DNA of 51,268 nucleotides from the IMG/VR virus record IMGVR_UViG_3300011116_001156, positions 1 through 51,268 of that record, one strand, 5' to 3'. Shown in pieces: positions 28,050 to 37,352 of this stretch. This stretch comes from a virus (Duplodnaviria > Caudoviricetes). Below the pieces are notes generated by a model that searched no databases, was not told where the DNA came from, and saw only the letters and a list, made by a program, of their open reading frames with translations. A program made the translations under genes and the position numbers. Every line of letters begins with the position of its first letter. The stretch's first letter is position 1.

Positions 28050-30305
28050 TTACCCACAGGAGCTGAAGCCGCAGCTATCGCAAGTCTTGCAGCCTTCCTT
28101 TCGGATCAGGGTGGGGGAGGAGCATTTGGGGCAGACCTCGCCTCGCCCTAGCAGCGCCATGACAGCGGGGCCTTCGCCAGATTCTGGCTTGCCGATTGGC
28201 TCGGGGACAGCGATTGGCGGTTCTGGAGTCTTCACTCCAATTCGCTGCAGTTGATCCCGAAGCTTCTGACCGATCAGGGCGACTAGGCTGGGGACGTACT
28301 TGCCCCCGATCCAGGCACCGCCATTCGGATCAGTCACTTGCATGAGTTGCTCGGCTACGAATGCCACATCTCCACCCCTGCGGAAGATACCAGTCATGAG
28401 TCTGGTCACTGCCGCGATCCATTGGGAGTGGACAGTGGACTTGCTATTGATGAACACTTCGTATGGCTGACCGTCAAGTTCATTGACAGTTAGATAGTAT
28501 GTCGGGTCGTCGTTCCATTTGATGCTGGCGGTAGTCCCGGGTAACTCTGACGGACGGACCAGCAAACTGGTATCGCGGGTCAGCACTGCTGCTGGCTCAG
28601 CTTTCGTGGCTCCAGCCACTTCCAGCACGCTCCCTCTAATCCCGCTTGGCCGGTACGTCGTGCACCCTTTACAGCCCATTTCGTAGGCTTTCAGGTAAAT
28701 CTGGCTGAAATCGTCGAAGGGGTAGTCAGCCGGGACGTTGATGGTCTTGGAGATGGAGCTGTCCACATATTGCTGCACCGCTGCTTGCATCGCGAGATGT
28801 GCCTCAACCTTGAGGTCCTGCGCTGTCACGAAGACTGGCGGGAGCGGCTGACCGTTGCTGACCTTTCGCCAGAGCCGGACAGCATAATCCGTGATTGTCT
28901 CCTCCTTCCGCGATCCATCTGGTTGCAGGGTCTTGCGGGTGTATTCCAGGGCGAAGATTGGTTCAATACCGCTGCTGATGTTGTCAGCGAACAGGGAGAT
29001 CGTTCCGGTCGGCGCGATGGAGGTGACTAGGGAGTTCCTGATCCCGTGGCCCTGAATGGCAATCTGCAACTCCCTCGGCAGGTCCAGTATGGTCTTACTC
29101 GCTGTGTATTTCTGTACGTCGAACAGCGGGAACGGGCCTTTCTCCTTTGCCAGTTCGATGCTGGTCCCATACGCTGCATTGCGGAAAGCGTTCATCCACT
29201 CCTTCGTGACTGAGACCGCGCGAGGGCTGCCATAGACCAGCCCGCACATTGCGAGGGCATCGGCGAGGCCTGTCACCCCCAGCCCAATCCGCCGTTTGCT
29301 GGTGGCTTCCTCCTGCTGGCGCGGGACAGGGTACTTACTCGCCTCTACCACATTGTCCATCATTCGGACAGCGGACCCAATTGTTTCCCTCATCAGTTTG
29401 ATGTCGAGTTGCGCATTTTCTGTAAACGGCTTCCTGACAAGAGCGGCAAAATTGATTGATCCAAGCAGACATGTACCGTAGGGTGGGAGCGGTTGCTCTC
29501 CACAGGGATTTGTGGCGGCGATAGACTCACAGTAATATAAATTGTTCCTTTTGTTGATCTGGTCAATAAAGATAACACCTGGTTCAGCAACATCATAGGT
29601 CGTGCGAATGATGAGGTCCCAAAGCTCGCGAGCTTGGACAGTTCGGTAGACTTTCCCTTTGAACTGGAGGTCCCACGGGCCATTAGATTTCACTGCCTCC
29701 ATGAATGGGTCAGTCACCAGGACTGACAGGTTGAAATTGGTGAGCCTACCGGGGGTCCGTTTCGCGACGATGAAGTCCTCGATGTCCGGGTGATCGCAGC
29801 GCATGGTCGCCATCATCGCGCCACGGCGGGAGCCAGCAGACATGATGGTTCTGCACATGCTGTCCCAGACTTCCATGAAGGACAGTGGGCCAGAGGCGTC
29901 GGCATCAACGCCAGCGACTAGGGCACCTTTGGGCCGAAGGGTGCTGAAATCGTACCCGATCCCACCCCCTGCTTGCATGGTCACAGCTGCCTCTTTGAGT
30001 CCCTGGAAGATACCTGCCAGATCATCCTCGATGGTGCCCATGACGAAGCAGTTGTGTAGGGTGACTTTGCGTCCAGTCCCCGCGCCAGCGATAATCCTCC
30101 CCGCTGGAAGGAACTTGAAATCCTTCAGCGCCTGGTAGAACTTGTCCTCGTAAATATGCGCGAGCGGACCTTCGACTGTTGCCAGTGCTGTCGCGATTCG
30201 CCGCCAGGTGTCCTGGATGGATTTGTCGGGAGTCGGACCACTGGTGAACCTGTACTTGTTATTCCAGGTCTGGTCTGCGATGGGAAGTCTCGGAATGCTG
30301 GCCAT
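28050..30305 (-). CDS. nrdJ: Class II (adenosylcobalamin-dependent) ribonucleotide reductase
   Basis: PAGRI, NCFV, RRGAMM, TNPCGEQPL, IAPTGTIS, SISKTIN, TSCPD-like domain and C-terminal CxxC..EGC..C..CG. Confidence 0.95.
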   Translation of the reverse strand: MASIPRLPIADQTWNNKYRFTSGPTPDKSIQDTWRRIATALATVEGPLAHIYEDKFYQALKDFKFLPAGRIIAGAGTGRKVTLHNCFVMGTIEDDLAGIFQGLKEAAVTMQAGGGIGYDFSTLRPKGALVAGVDADASGPLSFMEVWDSMCRTIMSAGSRRGAMMATMRCDHPDIEDFIVAKRTPGRLTNFNLSVLVTDPFMEAVKSNGPWDLQFKGKVYRTVQARELWDLIIRTTYDVAEPGVIFIDQINKRNNLYYCESIAATNPCGEQPLPPYGTCLLGSINFAALVRKPFTENAQLDIKLMRETIGSAVRMMDNVVEASKYPVPRQQEEATSKRRIGLGVTGLADALAMCGLVYGSPRAVSVTKEWMNAFRNAAYGTSIELAKEKGPFPLFDVQKYTASKTILDLPRELQIAIQGHGIRNSLVTSIAPTGTISLFADNISSGIEPIFALEYTRKTLQPDGSRKEETITDYAVRLWRKVSNGQPLPPVFVTAQDLKVEAHLAMQAAVQQYVDSSISKTINVPADYPFDDFSQIYLKAYEMGCKGCTTYRPSGIRGSVLEVAGATKAEPAAVLTRDTSLLVRPSELPGTTASIKWNDDPTYYLTVNELDGQPYEVFINSKSTVHSQWIAAVTRLMTGIFRRGGDVAFVAEQLMQVTDPNGGAWIGGKYVPSLVALIGQKLRDQLQRIGVKTPEPPIAVPEPIGKPESGEGPAVMALLGRGEVCPKCSSPTLIRKEGCKTCDSCGFSSCG

Positions 30306-30331
30306 TAGTCTTTTCCTTTCAGTTGAATTAA

Positions 30332-31564
30332 TTACTCGACGCCACGAACGCCAGTTATCGGCTTTGCCAGCCAGAGATCGGCAGCGCCACCTGGATGGGC
30401 GATCACGCCAGACCGCTCCGCTGACAACATGATTTTCTCAATCTTTTCGCTGGGAACTCGCTGTCGCAGGAACTCCCAGAGGGCACTCGTCGGTAGCGCC
30501 TTAGGCGCGCCTTTGCTCTTTGACTGCTCTTGTACCATCATGTAGTGCAGTTCGTCGATTATTTGACTATCGCTCTTTCCGATCATTTCTCGGAAGACAT
30601 CTGGCATCCGCTCCTCAGCCTTGAGTAGCCAAGTCAGGGCTCGGCGGACATCATACTCACTGATGACGATCTCCCCAGTCCGAGATACAGCACTCACAAT
30701 CGCGAGCTTAATCGCGAACATGGTCCGAGAGTTATTGTAGTGGACTAGTTTGCTGTGCGTCGGCGTTGGCGGACCCTTCGCACGATGCCAATTGGCCAGC
30801 ATGTCGGCACCCGCCTGTTCCCAGGAGCATTGCCCGTACATCGCGCTGATATGACTGAGTTGTGCCCTGAGCACAATCCATTCCCCAGTGTCTCGTGGGT
30901 CCTGCGCGTCCTGGAACAAGTCTTGAAACTTCCCTTCTGCTGCATAGATCATCAGAATCCGCCTCGCGAATCCGGTGGCCCAGGCTTCCTCCGGGAAAGT
31001 GGCGACGAAATAGCTGGGCTGGACGCCGCCAAGTATGTTGAGTTGGGGGTTCTCGATACTGATCTCGCGGACACTGCCAGTCCGGCGGTGTTCCTGGTAT
31101 GGAACGTCTGGGTTGTTGAAAATGGTATTGAGCGTCGCGATGTACTCCACATCATAGGTCGGGAGGAGCACCTGGAACTCCTCCGCCGCGATCAGAAGGG
31201 AGTGATAGCTGACATTCACCCCTTTCAGCATCTTGAACTGCTTGCTCTTCCCGATAACGTCCACCAGCGATGCCTTCGTCATCTGGCTGGGCGCGACTTT
31301 GAACGCTTTGATATTCTGCCCCGGCTCGGTGGTCTGGCTCCATAGTTGCTCCGCCAATGAAATGACTTGCTTCCCCACACCGGGAGCAGCGGTGAGCAGG
31401 GTGTACAGATTAGGAAAAGTCTGGGCCCTGGCTGCTCTGGCCCAAACTCGGCGCTCACACGCGCCCGCGACCAGACTGATCCCGGACCAGAGCCGGAATT
31501 GATCAGGACTGCTGACACCATCTGTCACCTCCATCCAATTCTCGATAAAATCTTTCCAGGCCAC
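30332..31564 (-). CDS. P-loop helicase-like NTPase (DUF3987/YfjI-like)
   Basis: FPNLY.LL.AAPGVGK Walker A, AEEF, GFARR; start reassigned to GTG 31564 behind GGGGGA. Confidence 0.75.
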   Translation of the reverse strand: MAWKDFIENWMEVTDGVSSPDQFRLWSGISLVAGACERRVWARAARAQTFPNLYTLLTAAPGVGKQVISLAEQLWSQTTEPGQNIKAFKVAPSQMTKASLVDVIGKSKQFKMLKGVNVSYHSLLIAAEEFQVLLPTYDVEYIATLNTIFNNPDVPYQEHRRTGSVREISIENPQLNILGGVQPSYFVATFPEEAWATGFARRILMIYAAEGKFQDLFQDAQDPRDTGEWIVLRAQLSHISAMYGQCSWEQAGADMLANWHRAKGPPTPTHSKLVHYNNSRTMFAIKLAIVSAVSRTGEIVISEYDVRRALTWLLKAEERMPDVFREMIGKSDSQIIDELHYMMVQEQSKSKGAPKALPTSALWEFLRQRVPSEKIEKIMLSAERSGVIAHPGGAADLWLAKPITGVRGVE

Positions 31565-31605
31565 AGGCCAGGTCCCCCAAACAGTAGTTAATAGGCACGA
31601 AGAAG

Positions 31606-31776
31606 TTAAGTGTTTGGGGAGTTGATTATGAAGTCTAGGAACTTTTTTGCCTGTTCTGGGGAGATTACTTTCCACTCATCAGTGATGATATAGTAAATGC
31701 AAGGCGCTTGTTTTTCGGTATAGAAACGGGTGCTCGCACTGAGAAAACGCTTTACCATTTCGTCTGTGATTTCCAT
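31606..31776 (-). CDS. 56-aa hypothetical protein (below the ORF-track cutoff)
   Basis: Hand translation MEITDEMVKRFLSAS...IINSPNT fills the gap between pol and helicase. Confidence 0.55.
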   Translation of the reverse strand: MEITDEMVKRFLSASTRFYTEKQAPCIYYIITDEWKVISPEQAKKFLDFIINSPNT

Positions 31777-31782
31777 AACTTT

Positions 31783-33336
31783 CTATCCGAGCATCGGGCG
31801 AGAGAATCCAGTAAGTCTAGTGCGAGTGTCAGGGCGGCCAAGTTTCCATTTGAGCAGTCCCTCGGGATTTGGCCGGGACTGCTTGCGAGTCCCGCGATCT
31901 TGCCGAGGAGGCTCAACTGCGACTGCCGGTCCCCAGTTCCAGCCAACTTTCGCTTCTCCTGGAACGACATACTTCCGTCCTTTGTGCTCGAGTTCCACTC
32001 GGATGAGCTGGAGGGCCTCGGAGATAATGTCGTCCTCGTTCTCAGTCTCGCGATACTGGAACGTGATTGAGTCATACGTTTGAGCGAGCAACTGGACGTG
32101 AGGCATTTTCTTCCAGACTCTCCAAAGGCCCAAGTTCATTCGGTCGGCAGTGGTACTCTGCGGGAGAAAGGCAATCGCCTCGCGAAGAGTCGTATCATCG
32201 CCCGGTCGCCCGAAGAAATGCCGCTCACGTCCAAACGGTGTAACCAGCTTATTAGTCGTTTGTAGTTGCTCGGCAATCCATTGCCAGTACCGGCTGTGTG
32301 CCGGGTACGCACAGGACTCTCCCTTGCAATAGCGTTGCTGGAACTCCTCAGCCACTTTGGGGGGAATTTTGAGACTCCGAGCCATGGTCCAGGCAGTGCC
32401 CATGTAGTTACTCAGATGCCCGCCACGTTTGGACATATCGCGATAACTGAACTCGCGATAGAACTGCCCGTCAGCGATCTCTCGGTCTTTCTTTGCATCG
32501 CCAGTCCAGCGAAGCTCGGGCCAGATGAGTCGGCAGTTGGTCGTGTGCAAATCGCCGCCTTCGCAGGCGTTCAGGAACTTCCAGTCGTTGAACAGCACTC
32601 CTTCAAACCATCCGACATCTCTGGCCTCTACCTGCTCCAAATCTATGACGCAGAGCTTGTATCCAGCATCTGCGACAAAAACGTAACGCAGCCACTGATT
32701 AATGTTCTGCGCATTGCCGCCTGTTCCGAAGGCGTTGGAAGAGCTGCTGGGGCGTCCAGTTTCAGTTCCAGCAATGTTATAGCTTGTCCTATATCGTCCA
32801 TCAGGGTCAATTTCAGTCTCAAAGACTTCGCGCTGCTTGGAGAGATCGCGAATGGTGAGGATGCAGGAAATGAATGGTCGGGCATAGAGATAGCGCTCCT
32901 CGAGCTTTTCTAGGGTTTCACGATTTGTGGAGAGCTTGCGTTCCCCCTTTTGGTTGATCCAGATTTCTGGCAGCTGGAGCGCGCGGTAGAAGAAGTCTTT
33001 GAGCTGTGCGGGAGAGCGAGGGTTGAGTCCTTTGCCCCAGACTGCCTGGGCATACTCGTTGAGGATGGAGTTGAGTTGGTCGATCCGGGCTCCAAGCTCC
33101 CGTGAAGCCACCTGGCGACCAAGCTGGTCCACAGCGAATCCACGTTGCATTATCTCCAGATAAGGGCCTTGCAGGGCGCGCTCGAATGAGTAGACTGGGG
33201 GCGGCTGGTTGAACAGTCGGTTCAGCTCCGAATGGACCTCGAAGGTGACACAGGTGTCCAATCCGCAGTAGACCTGGTGCTGGACCTCAGCTGACAGTTG
33301 GTGAGGCAACAAACTCTCTGTCTGAATGTACGGCAT
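31783..33336 (-). CDS. polA: Family A DNA polymerase, ExoIII motif plus polymerase domain
   Basis: YCGLD (ExoIII), TETGR.SS, motif A DLEQVEAR, motif B R..SK..GH.SNY, motif C YDS. Confidence 0.92.
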   Translation of the reverse strand: MPYIQTESLLPHQLSAEVQHQVYCGLDTCVTFEVHSELNRLFNQPPPVYSFERALQGPYLEIMQRGFAVDQLGRQVASRELGARIDQLNSILNEYAQAVWGKGLNPRSPAQLKDFFYRALQLPEIWINQKGERKLSTNRETLEKLEERYLYARPFISCILTIRDLSKQREVFETEIDPDGRYRTSYNIAGTETGRPSSSSNAFGTGGNAQNINQWLRYVFVADAGYKLCVIDLEQVEARDVGWFEGVLFNDWKFLNACEGGDLHTTNCRLIWPELRWTGDAKKDREIADGQFYREFSYRDMSKRGGHLSNYMGTAWTMARSLKIPPKVAEEFQQRYCKGESCAYPAHSRYWQWIAEQLQTTNKLVTPFGRERHFFGRPGDDTTLREAIAFLPQSTTADRMNLGLWRVWKKMPHVQLLAQTYDSITFQYRETENEDDIISEALQLIRVELEHKGRKYVVPGEAKVGWNWGPAVAVEPPRQDRGTRKQSRPNPEGLLKWKLGRPDTRTRLTGFSRPMLG

Positions 33337-33749
33337 TATACTCTCTCGAATACTTGTTCCCAGAGATAATCAAACATAGCCTTGTCCTTGGTCAGAGGCA
33401 GGCGAACAGCTCCGTCCAAGGCGCGGAGTTCAATCGGCCTGCTCTCGCGGATCGCTTGCTCCAGCGCTGCCACCATTCCCTTACTCCACCCTCGGTCAGT
33501 ATAAAACACCTGCAGTTCTGCTACCTTCCTCCAGGCCAACCCGGCGGCAATTCCAAGTTCCCTCTCACTAGCCTTACTATCATCCAGGACTCCCGATTGA
33601 GTATACAGCAAATGGCTAGCAATCGGTGCCTCGCCGAGAGCGAGACAATCTGCAAGCGCGCGTCTGGCGTAGGTAACATTAGCCTCGATCTCCCCGGCGT
33701 ATGGACTTTCTACAATGACTCGGCGCATAGTGGCTCTCCCTTCACTCAT
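33336..33749 (-). CDS. Nucleoside 2-deoxyribosyltransferase-fold (DUF4406/DUF7768-like) protein
   Basis: VIVESPYAG..EAN..YAR...GEAPIASHLLY...G.S.GM. Confidence 0.6.
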   Translation of the reverse strand: MSEGRATMRRVIVESPYAGEIEANVTYARRALADCLALGEAPIASHLLYTQSGVLDDSKASERELGIAAGLAWRKVAELQVFYTDRGWSKGMVAALEQAIRESRPIELRALDGAVRLPLTKDKAMFDYLWEQVFERV

Positions 33750-35064
33750 CTTTCTTCTCCGTGTCAGCCTTCCGTTTGCGCATCAACTTCCAGGAACTTT
33801 CGTTGGTATAGATACTGCCGAGAAAGCCTAGTCCCTTCTGCATCTCAGGGAAGATAGAATGGTGCAGCAGCATGGTATCGGCCAAGTTCTGTCTTGGCTG
33901 GATAGCATACTTTGTCAGATACTGCAGATCGTACACCCCGTTCTGCCAAATCTTGGGGATGGGGGACTCAAGCAGCACTGCTGTCGCGTTCCATGCCCGA
34001 CGCTCGGACTGGTGATCGGGCCAGAAGTTATACCCAGGCTTGCTCCGGTCCCAGAACGGGATGACCATCGCTTCGGACGGGGACCTCGCGAAGCCGATGC
34101 AGGTGATCTGGCCCTGCGCTGTCTCGATGTCAGGTGCCAGCCATTCGATCTTGCCTTTGGCGAAGAGCTGGAGCGTCTGGTCTGTCCACGACTCCATCTC
34201 CTCCAATGTCGGGGAGACGAGAATGGAACGGCTGGGACGGCGAATGTCGGGAAAGTCTGCCTCCCTATTCGCCTTCATCAAGTCCGCGACTACAATCGGT
34301 CTCCAGGCCCATTGGCGGAGGACTCCGCTGGGATGGTAGGTTGGGAGGACTTTGAAAGGCTGAATTCGTTCGGAAGTCTGATTCTGAGCGTATCCCCGAT
34401 CTTGGCTGGCCATTGAGTTCCTAGGGCAAACTCCGAGTCCTTTGTCCAGCACAGTTCCATTTTCTGCTCCAGAATTGCTACCGACTGCCGAGTTAACTCC
34501 TGCAACCGTAACATCTCTGGGCTCAACTGAACTCGTGATGGCTCCTCGAATGGAGCCGATATTCGTGGCACGGAGAAGAGCCCAGCACGCAGTATTTCCA
34601 AGGGCAACAACCAGGTTTGGTCGCCAATGGTTAAGCTCAGTCCAGAGCCGGTCAAGCTCAGGGAGGTAATCTCCTCGTAGATATTTTCCTCTAGCAAGCG
34701 GCGGAAACGTGCCCGCGAGTTGCGAGACTTCGGTTTTTTTCTCACAGAGTTCCTCCAGTTTATTTCCAGGTGGTCGGAAGGCGAGCACGTTTGTCATCGC
34801 GATGCCTGCGGCAGCAAGCCATTCCTCGCGGGGGCGAATCCAGGCCGCGCCGTAGGTGTGCTGGGTGCAGATTTCAGCATGAAGCTCCGGGGCAATGCTG
34901 GGCATGGCCTCTCCAAGCATTCGGAACAGCTCTTTGCCGCTTTCTCCAGCGAATGGCTTGTGGCACTGGTCTTCTGTCTCGCCCCAGGCATCACCGACTA
35001 GGACAATTCGCGGAGTCTGGCTTCCTGCTGTGGCGGCAAATGGCGGGCGTGCTTGGTGGATCAT
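33742..35064 (-). CDS. UDG (family 4-like) fused to the ExoI/ExoII part of a 3'-5' exonuclease; N-terminal half of a split PolA
   Basis: IVLVGDAWG..E...PF.G.SG, TNV...RPP.N, LVVALGNTA, PTYHPS; then DIET, QNGVYDL, DTMLLHH; ATGA coupling at 35064. Confidence 0.88.
   Translation of the reverse strand: MIHQARPPFAATAGSQTPRIVLVGDAWGETEDQCHKPFAGESGKELFRMLGEAMPSIAPELHAEICTQHTYGAAWIRPREEWLAAAGIAMTNVLAFRPPGNKLEELCEKKTEVSQLAGTFPPLARGKYLRGDYLPELDRLWTELNHWRPNLVVALGNTACWALLRATNIGSIRGAITSSVEPRDVTVAGVNSAVGSNSGAENGTVLDKGLGVCPRNSMASQDRGYAQNQTSERIQPFKVLPTYHPSGVLRQWAWRPIVVADLMKANREADFPDIRRPSRSILVSPTLEEMESWTDQTLQLFAKGKIEWLAPDIETAQGQITCIGFARSPSEAMVIPFWDRSKPGYNFWPDHQSERRAWNATAVLLESPIPKIWQNGVYDLQYLTKYAIQPRQNLADTMLLHHSIFPEMQKGLGFLGSIYTNESSWKLMRKRKADTEKKDE
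34290..34745 (-). CDS. Candidate overprinted ORF containing a capsid N-terminus homologue
   Basis: GGAGG-6nt-GTG start; LTRQSV...DSEFA...AKIGDTLRIRLPNEF matches the coat's ITREAV...DESFA..AKIGDSLRIRLPSDF. Confidence 0.5.
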   Translation of the reverse strand: MRKKPKSRNSRARFRRLLEENIYEEITSLSLTGSGLSLTIGDQTWLLPLEILRAGLFSVPRISAPFEEPSRVQLSPEMLRLQELTRQSVAILEQKMELCWTKDSEFALGTQWPAKIGDTLRIRLPNEFSLSKSSQPTIPAESSANGPGDRL

Positions 35065-35339
35065 TTGTCTGCCAACAGCATATGCGCATTCGAGCTGATG
35101 ATGCTGAGCTTCAGCTCTTCCAATGAAGTGACTGCTGCGGTGTAGACAATCTTCCCCCTCGTCCCGTTCATGTAGTTCCCCTGAGAGTCCAACCCGATGT
35201 AGATAATCCCAGCCATACGGCCAGACCGGGCTTCTTCCAGCAAAGTCTCCAGCACGTCGATCACATCTGGCTGAACTGGCAGTCCTGCCGCAGTTGCTGT
35301 ATGCTCGAACAACGGGACAACCTTTGGTCCCTCGCTCAC
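35061..35339 (-). CDS. Hypothetical protein
   Basis: LETLLEEARSG.MAG pattern; overlapping start/stop coupling on both sides. Confidence 0.65.
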   Translation of the reverse strand: MSEGPKVVPLFEHTATAAGLPVQPDVIDVLETLLEEARSGRMAGIIYIGLDSQGNYMNGTRGKIVYTAAVTSLEELKLSIISSNAHMLLADK

Positions 35340-36796
35340 AGCCCGAGGCTCCCACCGGTTCTCTCCGCTGCCCGTTTCATTCGGGCCTGCTTCAGCGCGA
35401 GCCGCGCCGGGTCCACATATTGTTTATCGATCTCCAGCCCGAGGACATGACTCGCCCCGAGACTTTCAGCCGCACGTAGACTCGCACCGCTGCCGCAGGT
35501 GGGGTCCAGCATAATGGTGGTGTCATCCACCAGCATTTCCATGAAGTGCCGCAGCATAGGTTCGGGTTTCGTGCTCGGGTGGAGTTTTTTATCCGTCGGA
35601 GCGGAGTAGGCATCGCCTTTGACTCGGGCGATGTTGCGGTTGCCCCTGGATGCCAGCAGACAGGCCTCGTATACATGGCGGGCTCCTCGCTTCGGGTCTG
35701 ATGCAATCCCAGCATTGTCATTTTTGAACCAAATGAGCGGAAACTTCGCGAATTGGAGACTCGGGGCAAGTTCGTTGAAAAGGGCGACAGTGTTGCTGAT
35801 AATTCGGTAGTCGGCGGAGAGCCAGAACATCATGTGGGCAGAGACAGACATCACTCGGTCGAGGTTGGTGCAGAGAGACTTGATGAGTGTCTGGTACACA
35901 TCCACGCTGTCTTTGTAACCTAGCTTGCCGTTCTGGCCCAGTTCCGCTCCCCGGCCCTGTGGGCCAGAGAACAACTCGACCCCGTACGGAAAGTCACAAT
36001 GGATAAAGTTAAACTTCGGGCCAGAGTACTGGGGTGCCCAGTCGAGGAAGGAGATGTTGAGAATTGACTCTGGGTCAGGTTTGGGCGCAGGCTTGGACTG
36101 GCGAATGACTGGCGGTGCGCGAAGCTCTGGAGGCAGGGGCTCGCCTAGCTTTTTCAACTCCACCGCCCGCGCCTGATCAGCCTCGCTCAGCCCGGTGGCC
36201 ACCTGCTCGGGCTCGGTCTCTGCCGGGATGTCCTCGCCAGAGAGTAGGGCCTCCAGCTCCGCTCCCGCGTTCCGGTTCTCCCGGCGCTTGAGCATGTTGT
36301 ACGCTTCCCTCGCGGTGCCTGCACTTGCAACTCGCTCGTTCTCCATCTCTTTATAAACCGAGATGAGCAAACTGACATGGCTGAGTTCCATCGCGCACTG
36401 GGCAGCGGTCTCACCCATGGTCCAGTCAGGGTCGAGTTGGAGCTGCAGCTTATGCATTCCCCCCACCGCTCGGACAGTGTCTTGCCAGCAGAGGTCTTCC
36501 CGATGGGCGTTCTCGACGAACTCGATTAGTTGCTGTTCGACGGGGGTGAGCTGACTGATCTTCCTGGCGAGGATTTTCTCCCAGCCGAGATTTCGGCAGG
36601 CGGTCAATCGACGCTCTCCAGCCTGAAGGATAAAATCATCCGAGATCAGAATGGGACTCAACAGCCCGTGCTGTGCGATTGACTTCTGCAGCCAGGCTAC
36701 CTCCAGGGCTTCCTTCCCCGGCTCGCGCTGGCGCTGGTCGCGGAGGACTTTAATCTTGCTGATCTCGATGAGAGAGACTGACTGCTGTAGCTTCAT
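35336..36796 (-). CDS. ParB-like domain fused to an N4/N6 DNA methyltransferase
   Basis: GLLSPI...AGERRL...EN..R.DL; DFPY (motif IV variant), HPSTKP, LDPTCGSG. Confidence 0.85.
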   Translation of the reverse strand: MKLQQSVSLIEISKIKVLRDQRQREPGKEALEVAWLQKSIAQHGLLSPILISDDFILQAGERRLTACRNLGWEKILARKISQLTPVEQQLIEFVENAHREDLCWQDTVRAVGGMHKLQLQLDPDWTMGETAAQCAMELSHVSLLISVYKEMENERVASAGTAREAYNMLKRRENRNAGAELEALLSGEDIPAETEPEQVATGLSEADQARAVELKKLGEPLPPELRAPPVIRQSKPAPKPDPESILNISFLDWAPQYSGPKFNFIHCDFPYGVELFSGPQGRGAELGQNGKLGYKDSVDVYQTLIKSLCTNLDRVMSVSAHMMFWLSADYRIISNTVALFNELAPSLQFAKFPLIWFKNDNAGIASDPKRGARHVYEACLLASRGNRNIARVKGDAYSAPTDKKLHPSTKPEPMLRHFMEMLVDDTTIMLDPTCGSGASLRAAESLGASHVLGLEIDKQYVDPARLALKQARMKRAAERTGGSLGL

Positions 36797-36887
36797 GGAC
36801 TGGTGTCCCCCAGAATGGCGATGGTGATGGAAAGTGTCTGGGGAGGGAGGCATGGTTCCCTCCCCAGATTGGTCAGCAGAATGGAGG

Positions 36888-37352
36888 CTACTTGCCCCCA
36901 GCCTCGCCCACCAAGTTACCGATCTCGTTCCCGAACTCGTTGGTGTTCTGGTTCAGGTACTGCTTCACTTCGGCAATAACCTGCGACCCGACCAACTCGG
37001 GCAGGACCTCCTCATAGCTTCGACCGTTCGGCTCGATACCGCAGCTGCGGATCAGTTCGTCCAGACGGAACAGGCTCGAGTCGTAGAAATCCCGACGGAG
37101 CTGTTTCTTGGACAGGTCGATGCTGGTGACTACACCCGTCGGCATGGTGACAGTCTTCTCATCTTCCGGCACATTCGCGCCCCAACCGGTGATTCCCAGC
37201 TGAAACCGAATAATGGCAGAGTAGTTCTTGCCAGCAGGGGCCGGGAGGATTTCCCAACCCTTAATAACTGCCGGGTAGTTGTCCGGGTAGAGGGCCTTCG
37301 GCTTGGGGGCTTGCCCTGCCGGGGCCTTGAGCAGTCCGCTGAAATCAGGCAT
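36888..37352 (-). CDS. Probable ssDNA-binding protein (DUF669-like)
   Basis: Follows the Sak4-like ATPase; P...Y.A.I and G..V...V....N pattern. Confidence 0.55.
   Translation of the reverse strand: MPDFSGLLKAPAGQAPKPKALYPDNYPAVIKGWEILPAPAGKNYSAIIRFQLGITGWGANVPEDEKTVTMPTGVVTSIDLSKKQLRRDFYDSSLFRLDELIRSCGIEPNGRSYEEVLPELVGSQVIAEVKQYLNQNTNEFGNEIGNLVGEAGGK

Noticed and set aside
33336-33749. Intron or intein with a homing endonuclease in the polymerase
   Set aside because: No HNH, LAGLIDADG or GIY-YIG motif, no intein ends, and no non-coding space for a ribozyme
35064-35355. N-terminal extension of the 537-aa UDG ORF
   Set aside because: It overlaps a better ORF (35061-35339); the coupled ATG at 35064 is the likely start
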